64,000 bases of DNA, taken from NCBI GenBank assembly GCA_965277715.1, contig OZ255836.1:3136001-3200000 (forward strand). The letters run 5' to 3'. The notes beneath the pieces are model-generated. The model was given only the letters and a program-made list of their open reading frames with translations, was not told the DNA's origin and did no database searches. This document shows, piece after piece, positions 26,563-37,377 of the stretch. Made by a program: the position numbers and the translations under genes. This DNA is from Gammaproteobacteria bacterium. Its GTDB lineage: Bacteria; Pseudomonadota; Gammaproteobacteria; JBCCGL01. Each line of letters begins with the position of its first letter. Position 1 is the stretch's first letter.

Positions 26563-27801
26563 ATGAACCAATCGATCGACATTATCAGTCTCGGCACCGA
26601 TTTGCAGGTGCCGACCAGCGCATATGCTGCGCTACAGCGTGCTGAGCTGGTTATCGGTGCACCGCGTCACCTGGCGGCAGTGGATTGTGGCAGTGCCAAA
26701 ACGGTCGCTTACCCGTCGCCGATAGACGATTTATTTGATGTCATTGCCCACACCGAGGCGACATACATTGCTGTACTGGCCTCGGGTGATGCGTTATTTT
26801 TTGGTATCGGCAGTTGGCTGTTGCGCCACTATGATCCCGCTACACTGCACTTTCATGCCAACACCACCAGCGTACAGGCCGCCTGTGCGCGGCTGGGTAA
26901 ACCCTGGCAGGGTGTGCACTTCCTCAGCTTGCATGGTCGCCCTATCAGTCGTTTGCGTGCCGTATTGGCCGCCGGTAAATCACTGGCGGTGTTGACCGAC
27001 ACACACAATACACCGGGGGCCGTTGCGCGTGAGCTGGTAGCCTGTGGCTACCCGGTATCTGATGTGCACGTATGTGAATCGTTGGGTACGAAAGCAGAGC
27101 GGGTACGCACATTTTCCGCTGATGAACTTGGCCAGGATCGTGGCCAGGATGGGCAGGCATTCCACCCGTTGAATCTATTACTTATCGACGTGTGTGGCGC
27201 GGGAGGTGTACTGCCGGTATTCCCCGGTATCAGCGATGCACTGTTCGCCGCCAACGGTGACACCCAATTTACCAAGCGTGAAGTGCGTCTTGCTGCACTC
27301 AGCCGGTTAGCACTGGCGTCGGGTGAAACCGGCTGGGATATCGGTGCGGGCAGTGGTGGCATTGCCATTGAATGGGCGCGCTGGGCACCACAGGCGCAGG
27401 TGTTCGCGCTGGAGCGGGATACGGCGCGCTGCCGCTGTTTTGAAAACAACCAGGCGCGTTTTGGTGACCACGGTAACCTGTCGCTCACCCACGGCGAAGC
27501 GCCTGGTGCACTCACCACCCTGCCAGACCCGGATGCCATATACCTCGGTGGCAGTGGTGGCCAGCTCGCCACCCTGCTGCACTATAGCTGGCAGCGTCTG
27601 CGCCCTGGTGGGCGGCTGGTGGTTGCGGCGGTTACCCTGGAGGCCCGTGCTGAATTACACCGCTGGGATTGGCCCGCTCCGGTCGATTTTAGCGAGATTG
27701 CCGTCAGCCATGCCGCCCCACTGGGTCGCCAAACCACCCTGCGTGCCCAGCTACCTGTATTATTAGCCAGCACAGTAAAACCCCTGGTTGACCCTTTATG
27801 A
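26563..27801 (+). CDS. cobL: bifunctional precorrin-6Y methyltransferase CbiE/CbiT (CobL)
   Basis: LASGDALFFGIG, SLHGR, TKREVR, WDIGAGSG. Confidence 0.9.
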   Translation: MNQSIDIISLGTDLQVPTSAYAALQRAELVIGAPRHLAAVDCGSAKTVAYPSPIDDLFDVIAHTEATYIAVLASGDALFFGIGSWLLRHYDPATLHFHANTTSVQAACARLGKPWQGVHFLSLHGRPISRLRAVLAAGKSLAVLTDTHNTPGAVARELVACGYPVSDVHVCESLGTKAERVRTFSADELGQDRGQDGQAFHPLNLLLIDVCGAGGVLPVFPGISDALFAANGDTQFTKREVRLAALSRLALASGETGWDIGAGSGGIAIEWARWAPQAQVFALERDTARCRCFENNQARFGDHGNLSLTHGEAPGALTTLPDPDAIYLGGSGGQLATLLHYSWQRLRPGGRLVVAAVTLEARAELHRWDWPAPVDFSEIAVSHAAPLGRQTTLRAQLPVLLASTVKPLVDPL

Positions 27802-28508
27802 ATAGATCTAGCCCCGGTATTTTCTACGGCATCGGTGTCGGTCCTGGTGATCCGGAATTGTTAACGCTAAAAGCTGTGCGCCTGATCGATGCAGCCGATT
27901 TAGTGGTTTACCCCTCGACCTTTGAAAAAGAATCCACCGCACGGGCCATTGCCGCCACACATATTCGCCCGGAACAGCGTGAACTGGCAATCTGCCTGCC
28001 GATGCAACAAGCTGACCGCGACAGCACAGAGGCCATCTACCGCGAATCGGCGGAGACTATCGCCAGCGCTTTAAACCGGGGTGCCAACGCCGTATTTTTA
28101 TGCCTCGGTGATCCGCTGCTATACGGCTCATTTGTTTACCTATACGATATTTTGAAAGCGATACATATTTGTGAGGTCGTGCCCGGCATCACCTCAGTGA
28201 GTGCCGCCAGCGCCGCCAGCCTTAGCCCGTTAACGCGGCTCAACCAGACTCTGCTGATACTGCCCGCCTTTACCAGTGATGCGGCCTTGAGTGATGCACT
28301 CCAGCAACACGACAGCGTGGTCATTATGAAAGTGGGGCGCCAGCGGCACCGCATAGCGGGCCTGATCACGGCGGCAGGGCGGTGCACAGATGCCGTCTAC
28401 ATTGAGCACGCCACCATGCAGGATCAGTGTATTGTCCCGGATATAAGTGCTTTACCCGCTGGGCCAGGCTCGTACTTTTCGCTGTTTCTCGTCACCAGAA
28501 ATCCATGA
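27798..28508 (+). CDS. cobI: precorrin-2 C20-methyltransferase CobI/CbiL
   Basis: GIGVGPGDPELLTLKA, LGDPLLYGSF, VPGITS. Confidence 0.92.
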   Translation: MNRSSPGIFYGIGVGPGDPELLTLKAVRLIDAADLVVYPSTFEKESTARAIAATHIRPEQRELAICLPMQQADRDSTEAIYRESAETIASALNRGANAVFLCLGDPLLYGSFVYLYDILKAIHICEVVPGITSVSAASAASLSPLTRLNQTLLILPAFTSDAALSDALQQHDSVVIMKVGRQRHRIAGLITAAGRCTDAVYIEHATMQDQCIVPDISALPAGPGSYFSLFLVTRNP

Positions 28509-29290
28509 ACGATACGCTGATCACGCTGGTTAGTCTCACCGAGACGGGTTGTCGACTTGGCGAGCGCCTGGCCAGTGCGATCAGCGCTGAGCACCTGCAC
28601 AAGCCCCAGCCCTTCGCCGATACCGTGCGCAGTCGCTACCAGGCGGGTCAGCGTTTGGTTTTTATTACGGCCACTGGCATTGCTGTGCGCACACTGGCGC
28701 CCGTGTTGCAAAATAAAATATCAGACCCACCCGTTCTGGTGCTCGATGAGCACGGCCAGTTTGTTATCCCGCTCCTGTCTGGCCACGAAGGGGGGGCTAA
28801 TGAGTGGGCGCGGCATGTCGCCGGGTTGCTTGGTGCGCAATGTGTTATCACCTCTGCGCAACGCTATACACACCCGCTGTATGTCGCGGGTATTGGTTGT
28901 GATCGCGGCTGTCCGGTAGAGGAAATCGCAGCCCTTGTCGATGACACGCTGCATAATCACCCGGCCAGCCCCGGTATTGAGGCGATAAGCCTGGCGGCCA
29001 GTATTGATATAAAGATTGACGAGGTCGGCCTGTGTGATTGGGCGGCCCGCTGCGCTGAACCTGCCCGTTTTTACTCCGCCGACTATCTCCTCAATTACAC
29101 GGAGCGACTCAGCGAAACATCACAATATGTTTTCGACGCTGTCGGTTGTTACGGTGTTGCTGAAGCGGCGGCACTGGCTGGGGCCGAGGCTTTATCGGGT
29201 GGTGCGGCAGAACTGATTATCCACAAACATAAAAGCGCCCGAGCCACGTTTGCGCTGGCACGCGCCTACCGTCCATCGGAACCCGACTAA
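28505..29290 (+). CDS. cbiG: cobalamin biosynthesis protein CbiG
   Basis: ATGIAVR, DPPVLVLDE, LLSGHEGGAN, GIGCDRG, GVAEAAAL. Confidence 0.9.
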   Translation: MNDTLITLVSLTETGCRLGERLASAISAEHLHKPQPFADTVRSRYQAGQRLVFITATGIAVRTLAPVLQNKISDPPVLVLDEHGQFVIPLLSGHEGGANEWARHVAGLLGAQCVITSAQRYTHPLYVAGIGCDRGCPVEEIAALVDDTLHNHPASPGIEAISLAASIDIKIDEVGLCDWAARCAEPARFYSADYLLNYTERLSETSQYVFDAVGCYGVAEAAALAGAEALSGGAAELIIHKHKSARATFALARAYRPSEPD

Positions 29291-30039
29291 TGCACAAACT
29301 CTTTATTATTGGCACCGGCCCCGGCACCCCGGAACTGCTTGTGCCCGCTGCAAAAACCGCGTTGCAACACTGCACTGATCTGGTCGCCTATTCATTGTAC
29401 CTGGAACTGCTAGGCCCACTTATCGCGGGTAAAACCTGCCATGACAGCCCATTGGGTGAAGAAGTGGCGCGGGCGCGGTTATCTCTGGAAATCGCCGCCA
29501 GTGGAAATACCACGGCGCTCGTTTCCAGCGGGGATGCGGGTATCTATGCTATGGCTACCGTTGTCTTTGAACTGCTGGCGTCCGATAGTGAAAAGCGCTG
29601 GTCGATGGTGGATGTTGAAGTTATTCCCGGTATTTCGGCTATGCAGCTCGCCGCCGCCCGTGTGGGTGCGCCGCTGGGGCATGACTTTTGTACTATCTCT
29701 CTGTCTGATCTTCTGACTCCCTGGGGGGTGATTGAAAAACGCCTGCACGCGGCGGCGGCAGGGGATTTTGTTGTGTCGTTTTATAATCCGGTTTCGCGGC
29801 GGCGTAGCTGGCAGCTGAATGCAGCGCGGGATATATTGCTGGCACAGCGTGGTGGGGATACACCGGTTGTTGTGGCGCGCAATTTGGGCCGGGAGACGGA
29901 GGCGATTGGGGTTATTACTTTGGCGCAGTTGGACGCCAAAGATGTCGATATGCTGACGTTGGTGATGGTGGGGAATAGTGAAACGCGTTATGCGGGGGGG
30001 TGGGTTTATACGCCTCGGGGGTATGCAGGGAAGAGTTAG
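29290..30039 (+). CDS. cobJ: precorrin-3B C17-methyltransferase CobJ/CbiH
   Basis: SSGDAGIYAMA, GAPLGHDF, ISLSDLLTPW, YTPRGY. Confidence 0.93.
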   Translation: MHKLFIIGTGPGTPELLVPAAKTALQHCTDLVAYSLYLELLGPLIAGKTCHDSPLGEEVARARLSLEIAASGNTTALVSSGDAGIYAMATVVFELLASDSEKRWSMVDVEVIPGISAMQLAAARVGAPLGHDFCTISLSDLLTPWGVIEKRLHAAAAGDFVVSFYNPVSRRRSWQLNAARDILLAQRGGDTPVVVARNLGRETEAIGVITLAQLDAKDVDMLTLVMVGNSETRYAGGWVYTPRGYAGKS

Positions 30040-30114
30040 AGGTGAATGTGGAGTTTCGCTCGCGGTGTTTTGGTGGTTTTCTTTGCGCTTTGCAGAGCGA
30101 GCGAGTTACTTTAA

Positions 30115-30192
30115 GGTAATCCAACATTCTCCACGATAGCAAAAGTAACAAAAGCTTTAGGCTTTAAGTTATCTGTTCAATTATCAACATGA
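30115..30192 (+). pseudogene. 3' remnant of an HI1420-like addiction-module antidote (HTH) gene
   Basis: translates GNPTFSTIAKVTKALGFKLSVQLST*, the characteristic C-terminus of this family; preceded by an in-frame stop. Confidence 0.6.
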
Positions 30193-30200
30193 AACAAATT

Positions 30201-30248
30201 TTCTAACAAAGTGTTGCACTGGATAAACCGGTGAACACGGCGTTATAG
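30201..30248 (+). mobile_element. attC-like integron cassette recombination site (short)
   Basis: TTCTAAC-aaagt-GTTGCAC-tggataaaccg-GTGAAC-acggc-GTTATAG: R''/L''/L'/R' geometry with one extra base in L''. Confidence 0.6.
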
Positions 30249-30410
30249 GGCCTGAGTTCGCTGGAAACCCCAGAGTATGCCGAAATACTAGAGGTTTTCA
30301 GATGATTCGAGTCGATGCCCTTTATGATTCGGTTGTTTTTAATGGCAATACAGTAGGTTATAGGTGTTCAGGTGGGTAGCGTTGGGGCACTAATGACTGC
30401 CTGTTATTGA

Positions 30411-31982
30411 TTAATGCCTGAAGTGGCGCATACCCGTAAATACCATTGCCATGTTGTGTTCGTTAGCGGCGGCGATGACTTCGTTATCTCGCATTGACCC
30501 GCCGGGTTGAATGACGGCTTTAATGCCCACTTCGGCGGCGCTGTCGATGCCGTCGCGAAACGGGAAGAATGCATCGGATGCCATGACGGATCCTTCGACT
30601 GTCAGGTTTTCATCGGCTGCTTTGATGGCGGCGATACGCGCCGAGTAAACCCGGCTCATTTGCCCGGCACCGACGCCGATGGTTTGTAGGTCGCGGCAGT
30701 AGACGATGGCGTTGGATTTGACGAATTTGGCGACGCGCCAGGCAAATAATAGATCAGATAGTTCGGCTGCCTCTGGCTGGCGTTCACTGACTACGCGCAG
30801 TTTGTCCGCTTCAATGGTGCCGATGTCACGATCCTGTATTAATAATCCACCGTTGATACGTTTGAAGTCGAGCGCTGGCTGAGGGGGCTGCCATTGGCCA
30901 CAGTCGAGCACGCGTATGTTGTCTTTGTCGGCCAGGACGGTTTGCGCCTGGGGGGAAATGCCTGGCGCGATGATGACTTCGACAAACTGCTGCGTGACGA
31001 TCGCAGCGGCGGTGTCGGCATCCAGTGGGCGGTTAAAGGCGATGATGCCACCAAAGGCGGAGGTTGGATCGGTTTGGAATGCACGCTGGTAGGCGTCTGC
31101 CAAGGTGCCAGCCACTGCGACACCGCAGGGGTTGGCGTGTTTGACGATGACGCACGCCATCTGTTCAAATTGCTTGACGCACTCAAGTGCCGCATCGGTG
31201 TCGGCGACGTTGTTGTATGAAAGGGCTTTTCCTTGAATTTGCCGGGCGCTGGAAACACAGGCTTCGCCTACATTTTTTTCACGGTAGAAGGCGGCGTGTT
31301 GGTGTGGGTTTTCGCCGTAGCGCATGTCTTGCAGTTTATCGAATTGCATGCTCAGTGTGCGCGGAAAGTGCTCATGCTGACCCTCATCGCTGATCGCACC
31401 GAGATGGTTGGCGATCATGCCGTCATAGTGGGCGGTGTGCTCAAAGGCTTTTACCGCTAGAGTAAAGCGCAGTGTCAGTGGCAACCCCTGCGGCTGTTTC
31501 AGGCCGGTTAATACTGTGTGGTAATCCGCAGGGGAGGTCACCACGGTGACATCGCGGTGGTTTTTTGCCGCTGCCCGCAGCATACCAGGGCCGCCAATGT
31601 CGATATTTTCTATGGCATCTTCCAGTGTGCAGTCAACGCGGGCCACGGTGTCGGCAAAGGGGTACAGGTTGACCACGACCATATCGATGGGGGCGATGCC
31701 GTGCTTTTGCATTACGGCATCATCGACGCCGCGCCGACCCAAAATGCCACCGTGGATTTTCGGGTGCAGGGTTTTAACGCGGCCACTCATCATCTCAGGA
31801 AAGCCGGTATAGTCGGCGACTTCGGTGACGGCGATACCGTTCGCTGCCAGTAAGCTGGCGGTGCCGCCGGTGGAGAGGATATCAATGCCCAGTGTTGCCA
31901 GCTCGCGGGCAAATTCAACAATCCCGGATTTGTCAGATACGCTGATCAGCGCACGGTTAACCTGCACAGGTGAATCACTCAT
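30411..31982 (-). CDS. purH: bifunctional AICAR formyltransferase/IMP cyclohydrolase
   Basis: [42 protein letters not shown]. Confidence 0.98.
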   Translation of the reverse strand: MSDSPVQVNRALISVSDKSGIVEFARELATLGIDILSTGGTASLLAANGIAVTEVADYTGFPEMMSGRVKTLHPKIHGGILGRRGVDDAVMQKHGIAPIDMVVVNLYPFADTVARVDCTLEDAIENIDIGGPGMLRAAAKNHRDVTVVTSPADYHTVLTGLKQPQGLPLTLRFTLAVKAFEHTAHYDGMIANHLGAISDEGQHEHFPRTLSMQFDKLQDMRYGENPHQHAAFYREKNVGEACVSSARQIQGKALSYNNVADTDAALECVKQFEQMACVIVKHANPCGVAVAGTLADAYQRAFQTDPTSAFGGIIAFNRPLDADTAAAIVTQQFVEVIIAPGISPQAQTVLADKDNIRVLDCGQWQPPQPALDFKRINGGLLIQDRDIGTIEADKLRVVSERQPEAAELSDLLFAWRVAKFVKSNAIVYCRDLQTIGVGAGQMSRVYSARIAAIKAADENLTVEGSVMASDAFFPFRDGIDSAAEVGIKAVIQPGGSMRDNEVIAAANEHNMAMVFTGMRHFRH

Positions 31983-32377
31983 AAGTGCTCATATCCCCAA
32001 AAAGGTGAAATTATAACCGACTGGGCAGACGTTACACCTCGTCAATCATCGCTTGTCAGGTATTCCCGCTGATTTAACCCGGAGGTTACTATCCCTGCAC
32101 ACAAAGGTGAAAATGCCTGATTCTGGTAATAAAAGGGCGTAACAATAGCCTCTGGGCTAAACCAGTGGGAATGGCTGATTGCCTGTAAGAAAGGTAAAGC
32201 CGTGTGCTAAACTTTGCCTTCAGGTTTTAGTCTTAGCGCCCGCTAAACTGTCTTTTCCCGTACCCTGAAAGATGATGTTATCCAGTAGCTAATACGCTGT
32301 GTTGGTTTACTGTGCCACATTGATGTAATCCCAATCGCGTACTGTCGCGATAACTATTGAACCTGATAATCACACTG

Positions 32378-34138
32378 ATGCCAGCTATTTTTAACCACCC
32401 TTTGCTACGCCGTTTTTTCCCTTTTATGGTGTGGCTGCCCACGATGAGTCGCGCCGAGCTGCGTTGTGATGTTACCGCCGGATTAACCGGTGCCATTATT
32501 GTGCTGCCGCAGGGGGTCGCCTTTGCGACGATTGCCGGTATGCCGCCGGAATACGGGTTGTATGCGGGGATGGTGCCCGCCATTATCGCGGCATTTTTTG
32601 GCTCTTCACGGCATTTGGTTTCCGGGCCGACGACGGCCGCATCAATTGTGATGTTCTCTTCGCTCAGTGTGTTAGCCACACCGGGCACTATCGATTATGT
32701 CTCGCTGGCACTGACGCTGACCTTTATGGTTGGGGTGATCGAGCTGGTGCTCGGTTTTGCGCGGATGGGTGCGCTGGTGAATTTTATTTCCCACTCGGTC
32801 ATTGTCGGCTTTACCGCTGGGGCGGCGATACTGATTGCCAGTAAGCAGTTGAAAAATTTCTTTGGTGTGGAGATTCCACGCGGCGGGCACTTGCACGATA
32901 TTGCTGTCAGTTTCTACCAGCAAATAGGGGATATTAATCTCTATGTGACCGCAACGGGTATGGTGACGCTGTTCTCTGGGTTGGCTATCAGGCGATGGCT
33001 GCCACGCGTTCCTTTTATGATCGGTGCGATGGTTGTGGGCAGTGTGTTTGCGGCATTGTTGGGGCTGATCTTTGGTCACGATGTTACGGGAATTAAAACG
33101 GTGGGCGCCCTACCCAATTCACTGCCCCCACTGACGTCACCGAACCTTAATCTCGATGTGATCCGTGAGTTGGCACCAGTGGCATTGGCGATGACATTGT
33201 TTGCGTTGACCGAGGCAGTGTCGATTGGTCGTTCACTGGCGGCGCGCTCGGGCCACCGCATCGATGGTAATCAGGAGTTCTTCGGTCAGGGCTTGTCGAA
33301 TGTGGCGGGCAGTTTTTTTGGTGGTTATGTGGCCACCGGGTCATTTAATCGCAGTGGTTTAAATTTTCAGGCGGGCGCGAAAACGCCGCTGGCGGCGATA
33401 CTCGCCGGGTTTTTGTTGATGATTATCGTGCTGTTGGTCGCGCCCCTGGCGGCCTATTTGCCGAATGCCGCGATGGCGGGGATTTTATTTTTGGTCGCCT
33501 GGGGGTTGATCGATTTTAAAGAGATAAGGCATATTTTACACAGCACCCATAAGGATACCTCGGTGATGGCGGTGACATTTTTTGGCGCGCTCTTTCTGGA
33601 GCTTGAGGTGGCGATACTCGCCGGGGTGATGTTGTCATTGGTGCTGTATTTGATGCGGGTGTCAAAACCGGCGATTTTGCCACTGGCGCCAGACCCTGCG
33701 CAGCCAAAACACGCGCTCTCCAGCGATGAAACCCTGGCGCAATGTCCGCAGTTACGCATTTTGCGTATCGATGGCTCGCCCTTTTTTGGCAATGTGAATT
33801 ACATACAGGAAGAGATGGAGCGTATCGATGCGGCACGGCCTGAGCAAAAGCATTTGGCGGTGATTTCTGAGGGGATTAATTTTGCCGATATATCAGGCTG
33901 CGATGCGCTGGAGAGCGAAGCGCTCAAACGCCGCGCCAACGGCGGCGATTTTTATATGATTAATGTCAAGCCCAAGCTGTGGGCGCCGCTGGCCAAAACC
34001 GGCGCATTACAGACTATTGGTGTCGATCATATCTTTAGTTCAAAGAAAGCCGCTATCGCCGCCATTTATAAAAAACTGGATCGCAGTATTTGCAGTACTT
34101 GCGAGGCCAGGATCTTTAAGGAGTGTAAGGGCTTGTAG
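32378..34138 (+). CDS. SulP family anion transporter with STAS domain
   Basis: PQGVAFATIAG, GSSRHLVSGP, TGSFNRS, RIDGSPFFG, C-terminal CxxCxxRIFxEC. Confidence 0.9.
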   Translation: MPAIFNHPLLRRFFPFMVWLPTMSRAELRCDVTAGLTGAIIVLPQGVAFATIAGMPPEYGLYAGMVPAIIAAFFGSSRHLVSGPTTAASIVMFSSLSVLATPGTIDYVSLALTLTFMVGVIELVLGFARMGALVNFISHSVIVGFTAGAAILIASKQLKNFFGVEIPRGGHLHDIAVSFYQQIGDINLYVTATGMVTLFSGLAIRRWLPRVPFMIGAMVVGSVFAALLGLIFGHDVTGIKTVGALPNSLPPLTSPNLNLDVIRELAPVALAMTLFALTEAVSIGRSLAARSGHRIDGNQEFFGQGLSNVAGSFFGGYVATGSFNRSGLNFQAGAKTPLAAILAGFLLMIIVLLVAPLAAYLPNAAMAGILFLVAWGLIDFKEIRHILHSTHKDTSVMAVTFFGALFLELEVAILAGVMLSLVLYLMRVSKPAILPLAPDPAQPKHALSSDETLAQCPQLRILRIDGSPFFGNVNYIQEEMERIDAARPEQKHLAVISEGINFADISGCDALESEALKRRANGGDFYMINVKPKLWAPLAKTGALQTIGVDHIFSSKKAAIAAIYKKLDRSICSTCEARIFKECKGL

Positions 34139-34156
34139 GGTAGGCCAACTGCCGGA

Positions 34157-34792
34157 CTAAACTAGGCAACTTACCCCGGTGCCGCCCAGCCCACAGTAGC
34201 CCATAGGGTTTTTTGCCAGGTATTGCTGGTGGTATTCTTCGGCGTAATAGAAAGTGGGTGCGTCGATAATCTCGGTGGTTACTGTGTTGTATCCCGCTTC
34301 GCGAATGGCTTTCTGGTAGTGTGTTTTCGATGCCTCGGCGGCGGTTTTTTGCGCTGCGTTGGTAGTGTAAATACCCGAGCGGTATTGTGTACCCCGGTCG
34401 TTGCCCTGGCGCATACCTTGTGTTGGGTCGTGCGATTCCCAAAACACTTTTAACAGTTGGGTGTAGCTAATCTGCTCCGGATCGAATACCACCTGAACCA
34501 CTTCGTTGTGACCGGTCATCCCGGTACAGACTTCATCGTACGTTGGGTTGGGCGTTGAGCCTGCCGCATAACCTACGGCGGTGGAGTGCACACCGGGCAG
34601 TTGCCAGAATTTGCGCTCGGCACCCCAGAAACAACCGAGACCAAAAAGTGCGATTTGCAGCGTATCGGCAAACGGCCCGGCCAGCGAATGACCGTTGACG
34701 TAGTGCCTGGCCGGGACAGGCATGGGCTGATCCCGTCCTGGCAATGCGCTTGATGCGCTTGGCATATCAGTTTTTTTACCGAAAAACCCCAT
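34157..34792 (-). CDS. msrA: peptide-methionine (S)-S-oxide reductase MsrA
   Basis: [28 protein letters not shown]. Confidence 0.96.
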   Translation of the reverse strand: MGFFGKKTDMPSASSALPGRDQPMPVPARHYVNGHSLAGPFADTLQIALFGLGCFWGAERKFWQLPGVHSTAVGYAAGSTPNPTYDEVCTGMTGHNEVVQVVFDPEQISYTQLLKVFWESHDPTQGMRQGNDRGTQYRSGIYTTNAAQKTAAEASKTHYQKAIREAGYNTVTTEIIDAPTFYYAEEYHQQYLAKNPMGYCGLGGTGVSCLV

Positions 34793-34898
34793 TGGACTAC
34801 CACCTGTATTGTGTGTTTTGGATTGCTTGGCTGTGAGCCTGTATTGCCCGAATAGGGCAGACACGAAAGGCCTGCCCCTGTGAAGTTTTCCGGGCCAA

Positions 34899-35483
34899 TT
34901 ACTGGCGAATGCCCTCGATAATCAATTCAACGCTGACATCGCCAACCCAGTCAGGCATACCAAAATCAGATGCTTTGATGGTTATGTAGCCTTCAAAGCC
35001 ACTGCGGTAACCACCCCAGGGGTCTTTTCCCTCACCAATCTGCCTGGTGGCAATGCTGACTTCTTTTGTCACACCGTGCATGGACAGATTGCCTTTGAGC
35101 GTATCGCCATCGGCACCGGCCTGGTAGCCGGTGCTTGTAAAGGTGATTGTGGGGTATTTAGCCACATCAAGGAAGTCCGCGCTGCGCAGGTGTTTGTCGC
35201 GTTCAGCATGATTGGTATCGATGCTTGCCGCGTTGATAACAACGCTGATTTTTGAATCCTCCGGGTTGTCGGGATCGTGGCTGAACTTACCATCAAAATC
35301 GTTGAATCTGCCGACATTGTAAGAATAGCCGAGGTGGCTCGCTTTGAAGGTGATAAAGGCGTGCTGTCCTTTTTTGTCGATGATGTAATCGGCGGCGATT
35401 GCTTGGGTGGTGATTGCCTGGGCGGATATCAGCAGGCCTGCGCCAACCAGCGTACCGAGTAATTGTTTTACTTTCATTGTCAT
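34899..35483 (-). CDS. yceI: YceI family periplasmic protein
   Basis: signal peptide, [38 protein letters not shown]. Confidence 0.9.
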   Translation of the reverse strand: MTMKVKQLLGTLVGAGLLISAQAITTQAIAADYIIDKKGQHAFITFKASHLGYSYNVGRFNDFDGKFSHDPDNPEDSKISVVINAASIDTNHAERDKHLRSADFLDVAKYPTITFTSTGYQAGADGDTLKGNLSMHGVTKEVSIATRQIGEGKDPWGGYRSGFEGYITIKASDFGMPDWVGDVSVELIIEGIRQ

Positions 35484-35507
35484 GACTCCACTGTGGTGAT
35501 GATTGTG

Positions 35508-36059
35508 TTACTTGGGTAAGGCCATGCCCAGCATCCTGCGAAGGGTGTGGTCTTTGTTTATAAAATGGTGCTTCAATGCGGCGGCGGCGTGTAGTACCAC
35601 CAACCCGATTAGTGTGTAGGCGAGGTATTCGTGAAACATCCCGGCTATATCTTCCTGCTGTGGAATGCTGGTGATGGTGGCCGCCACGTCAAACCAGTTG
35701 AATACTGAAATGCTGGAACCATCGGCGGTGGAGATCAGATAGCCACTGATTACGATCATTGTCATTAGACAATACAGACCAAGGTGGGCGAGTGTTGCGC
35801 CAATATGTTCAAAGCGCGATGTGCCTGCCAGCGGTTCGGGGCTTGGGTTAATCCATTTCCAGATTATCCGGATGCATAACAACATCGCCAATAGTATACC
35901 AACGCTTTTGTGGATAAAGGGCAGGGTTTTGTAGAGCGAGTCGTAGTAAGTCAGTTCGACCATGTACCAGCCCAGTGAAAACAGGCCAATAATGACCAGT
36001 GCCATTATCCAGTGCAGTAAAACGGCAACAATGCCAAATCGGTCATGGGTGTTAAACAT
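35508..36059 (-). CDS. cytochrome b561 (YceJ-like)
   Basis: LLHW, HKSVG, HLGLY, LHAAAALKHH..D.TLRRM; adjacent to yceI. Confidence 0.9.
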   Translation of the reverse strand: MFNTHDRFGIVAVLLHWIMALVIIGLFSLGWYMVELTYYDSLYKTLPFIHKSVGILLAMLLCIRIIWKWINPSPEPLAGTSRFEHIGATLAHLGLYCLMTMIVISGYLISTADGSSISVFNWFDVAATITSIPQQEDIAGMFHEYLAYTLIGLVVLHAAAALKHHFINKDHTLRRMLGMALPK

Positions 36060-36360
36060 TTTAGTTTTTCACAGCGTGCGCGCTATATATAGAAGACCTC
36101 AGACGTGTGGACACGATCAAAAGTTCCTGGCAAAAGTACTTAGCAGTTTATTGTATCGGCTTTTAATGGGGTGTTAGCTTATAAAAAGACAGGGGCACCC
36201 CAAGAGGCATGGATAGGTTATTTATAGCAAATAGTAGGGTTTCGACTATATTTTGTCTCAATGCTTATATTTATTAAGAGGTGAGACAGAAAGATAAATT
36301 CAGTGGAGTGCTATTGCTTTCGCTCCAGCGGCAGGCACTTTAATTTTATGAGGTTCCGAT

Positions 36361-37377
36361 ATGTTTGAGTACAACTTAACGGCAAAGCGAATACCTGTGT
36401 GGTTGATTGCGATTCAGTTTCTGATCGGTGTATTGCTGATAATAGTGGGGTTTATGCGTCCGGTTTCAGCAGTACAGCCAAAGTGTTTGTATGTCTCCTC
36501 TTACCACCAGGGTTACGCCTGGTCTGATGGGGTGGAGCGCGGTCTGCGCCAAACATTGGATGGGCGTTGTGAGTTGCGTCAATTTGATATGGATACCAAG
36601 CGCAAAAAATCCATTTATGATAAGAGGCAGGCGTCTAACCAGGCGCGTGAAATTATCGAATCATGGCGTCCGGATGTGGTGATCACCTCGGACGACAACG
36701 CGGCAAAATTCCTGATTTTGCCCTATTATAAAGATAACGATATGCCTTTTGTCTTTAGCGGTATCAACTGGTCTATCAAGGAATATAAGCTACCCTTCTC
36801 AAATACCACCGGCATTATAGAGGTGGCGCCGATAGAGCCTATGTTGGCGCGGGCCGCGAAAATTTCAGGTGGTGTTCGGGCGGTGTACCTCGGCGCGAAA
36901 ACGCTCACTGAGGAGAAAAATTTTACACGTGTCAGGGGTGCGGCTGATACGCTCGGTTTTGATATTACCGCCGTACTGGTATCGACTATGCAACAATGGA
37001 TTGATGCCTATCGAAATGAAAGTCACATCGATTTTGTCATTATGGGCAGCAGTTCGGGTATTGATGACTGGGATGAAACGGTTGTTGTTAATGCGATTCA
37101 GGATATCCCATCAAAGCTTACTGTAACCAATCATGTGTGGATGATGCCGTTTACGATGCTGGGGTATACAAAAGTACCTGAAGAGCACGGTGATTGGGCG
37201 GGTAAAGCGGCACTGGCGATTCTCTCTGGCACCCGGCCAAATCAGATACCCGTTGCCACCAATCGAAAGTGGGATTTGTGGGTAAACGATGTATTGATCA
37301 CATCCAGTAATGTTGAATTGGAGCGATCCTTATATAGGAAAGCAAAGAAGTATAAATCAGAGGTACCGGTTGACTAA
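36361..37377 (+). CDS. periplasmic ABC-type substrate-binding-like protein
   Basis: LYVSSYHQGYAWS, MDTKR, PDVVITSDDNA, PFVFSGINW, PEEHG..AG. Confidence 0.75.
   Translation: MFEYNLTAKRIPVWLIAIQFLIGVLLIIVGFMRPVSAVQPKCLYVSSYHQGYAWSDGVERGLRQTLDGRCELRQFDMDTKRKKSIYDKRQASNQAREIIESWRPDVVITSDDNAAKFLILPYYKDNDMPFVFSGINWSIKEYKLPFSNTTGIIEVAPIEPMLARAAKISGGVRAVYLGAKTLTEEKNFTRVRGAADTLGFDITAVLVSTMQQWIDAYRNESHIDFVIMGSSSGIDDWDETVVVNAIQDIPSKLTVTNHVWMMPFTMLGYTKVPEEHGDWAGKAALAILSGTRPNQIPVATNRKWDLWVNDVLITSSNVELERSLYRKAKKYKSEVPVD

Noticed and set aside
29217-35920. Perfect DnaA boxes inside cbiG (~29217) and cytochrome b561 (~35910)
   Set aside because: Isolated 9-mers in coding sequence, expected by chance.
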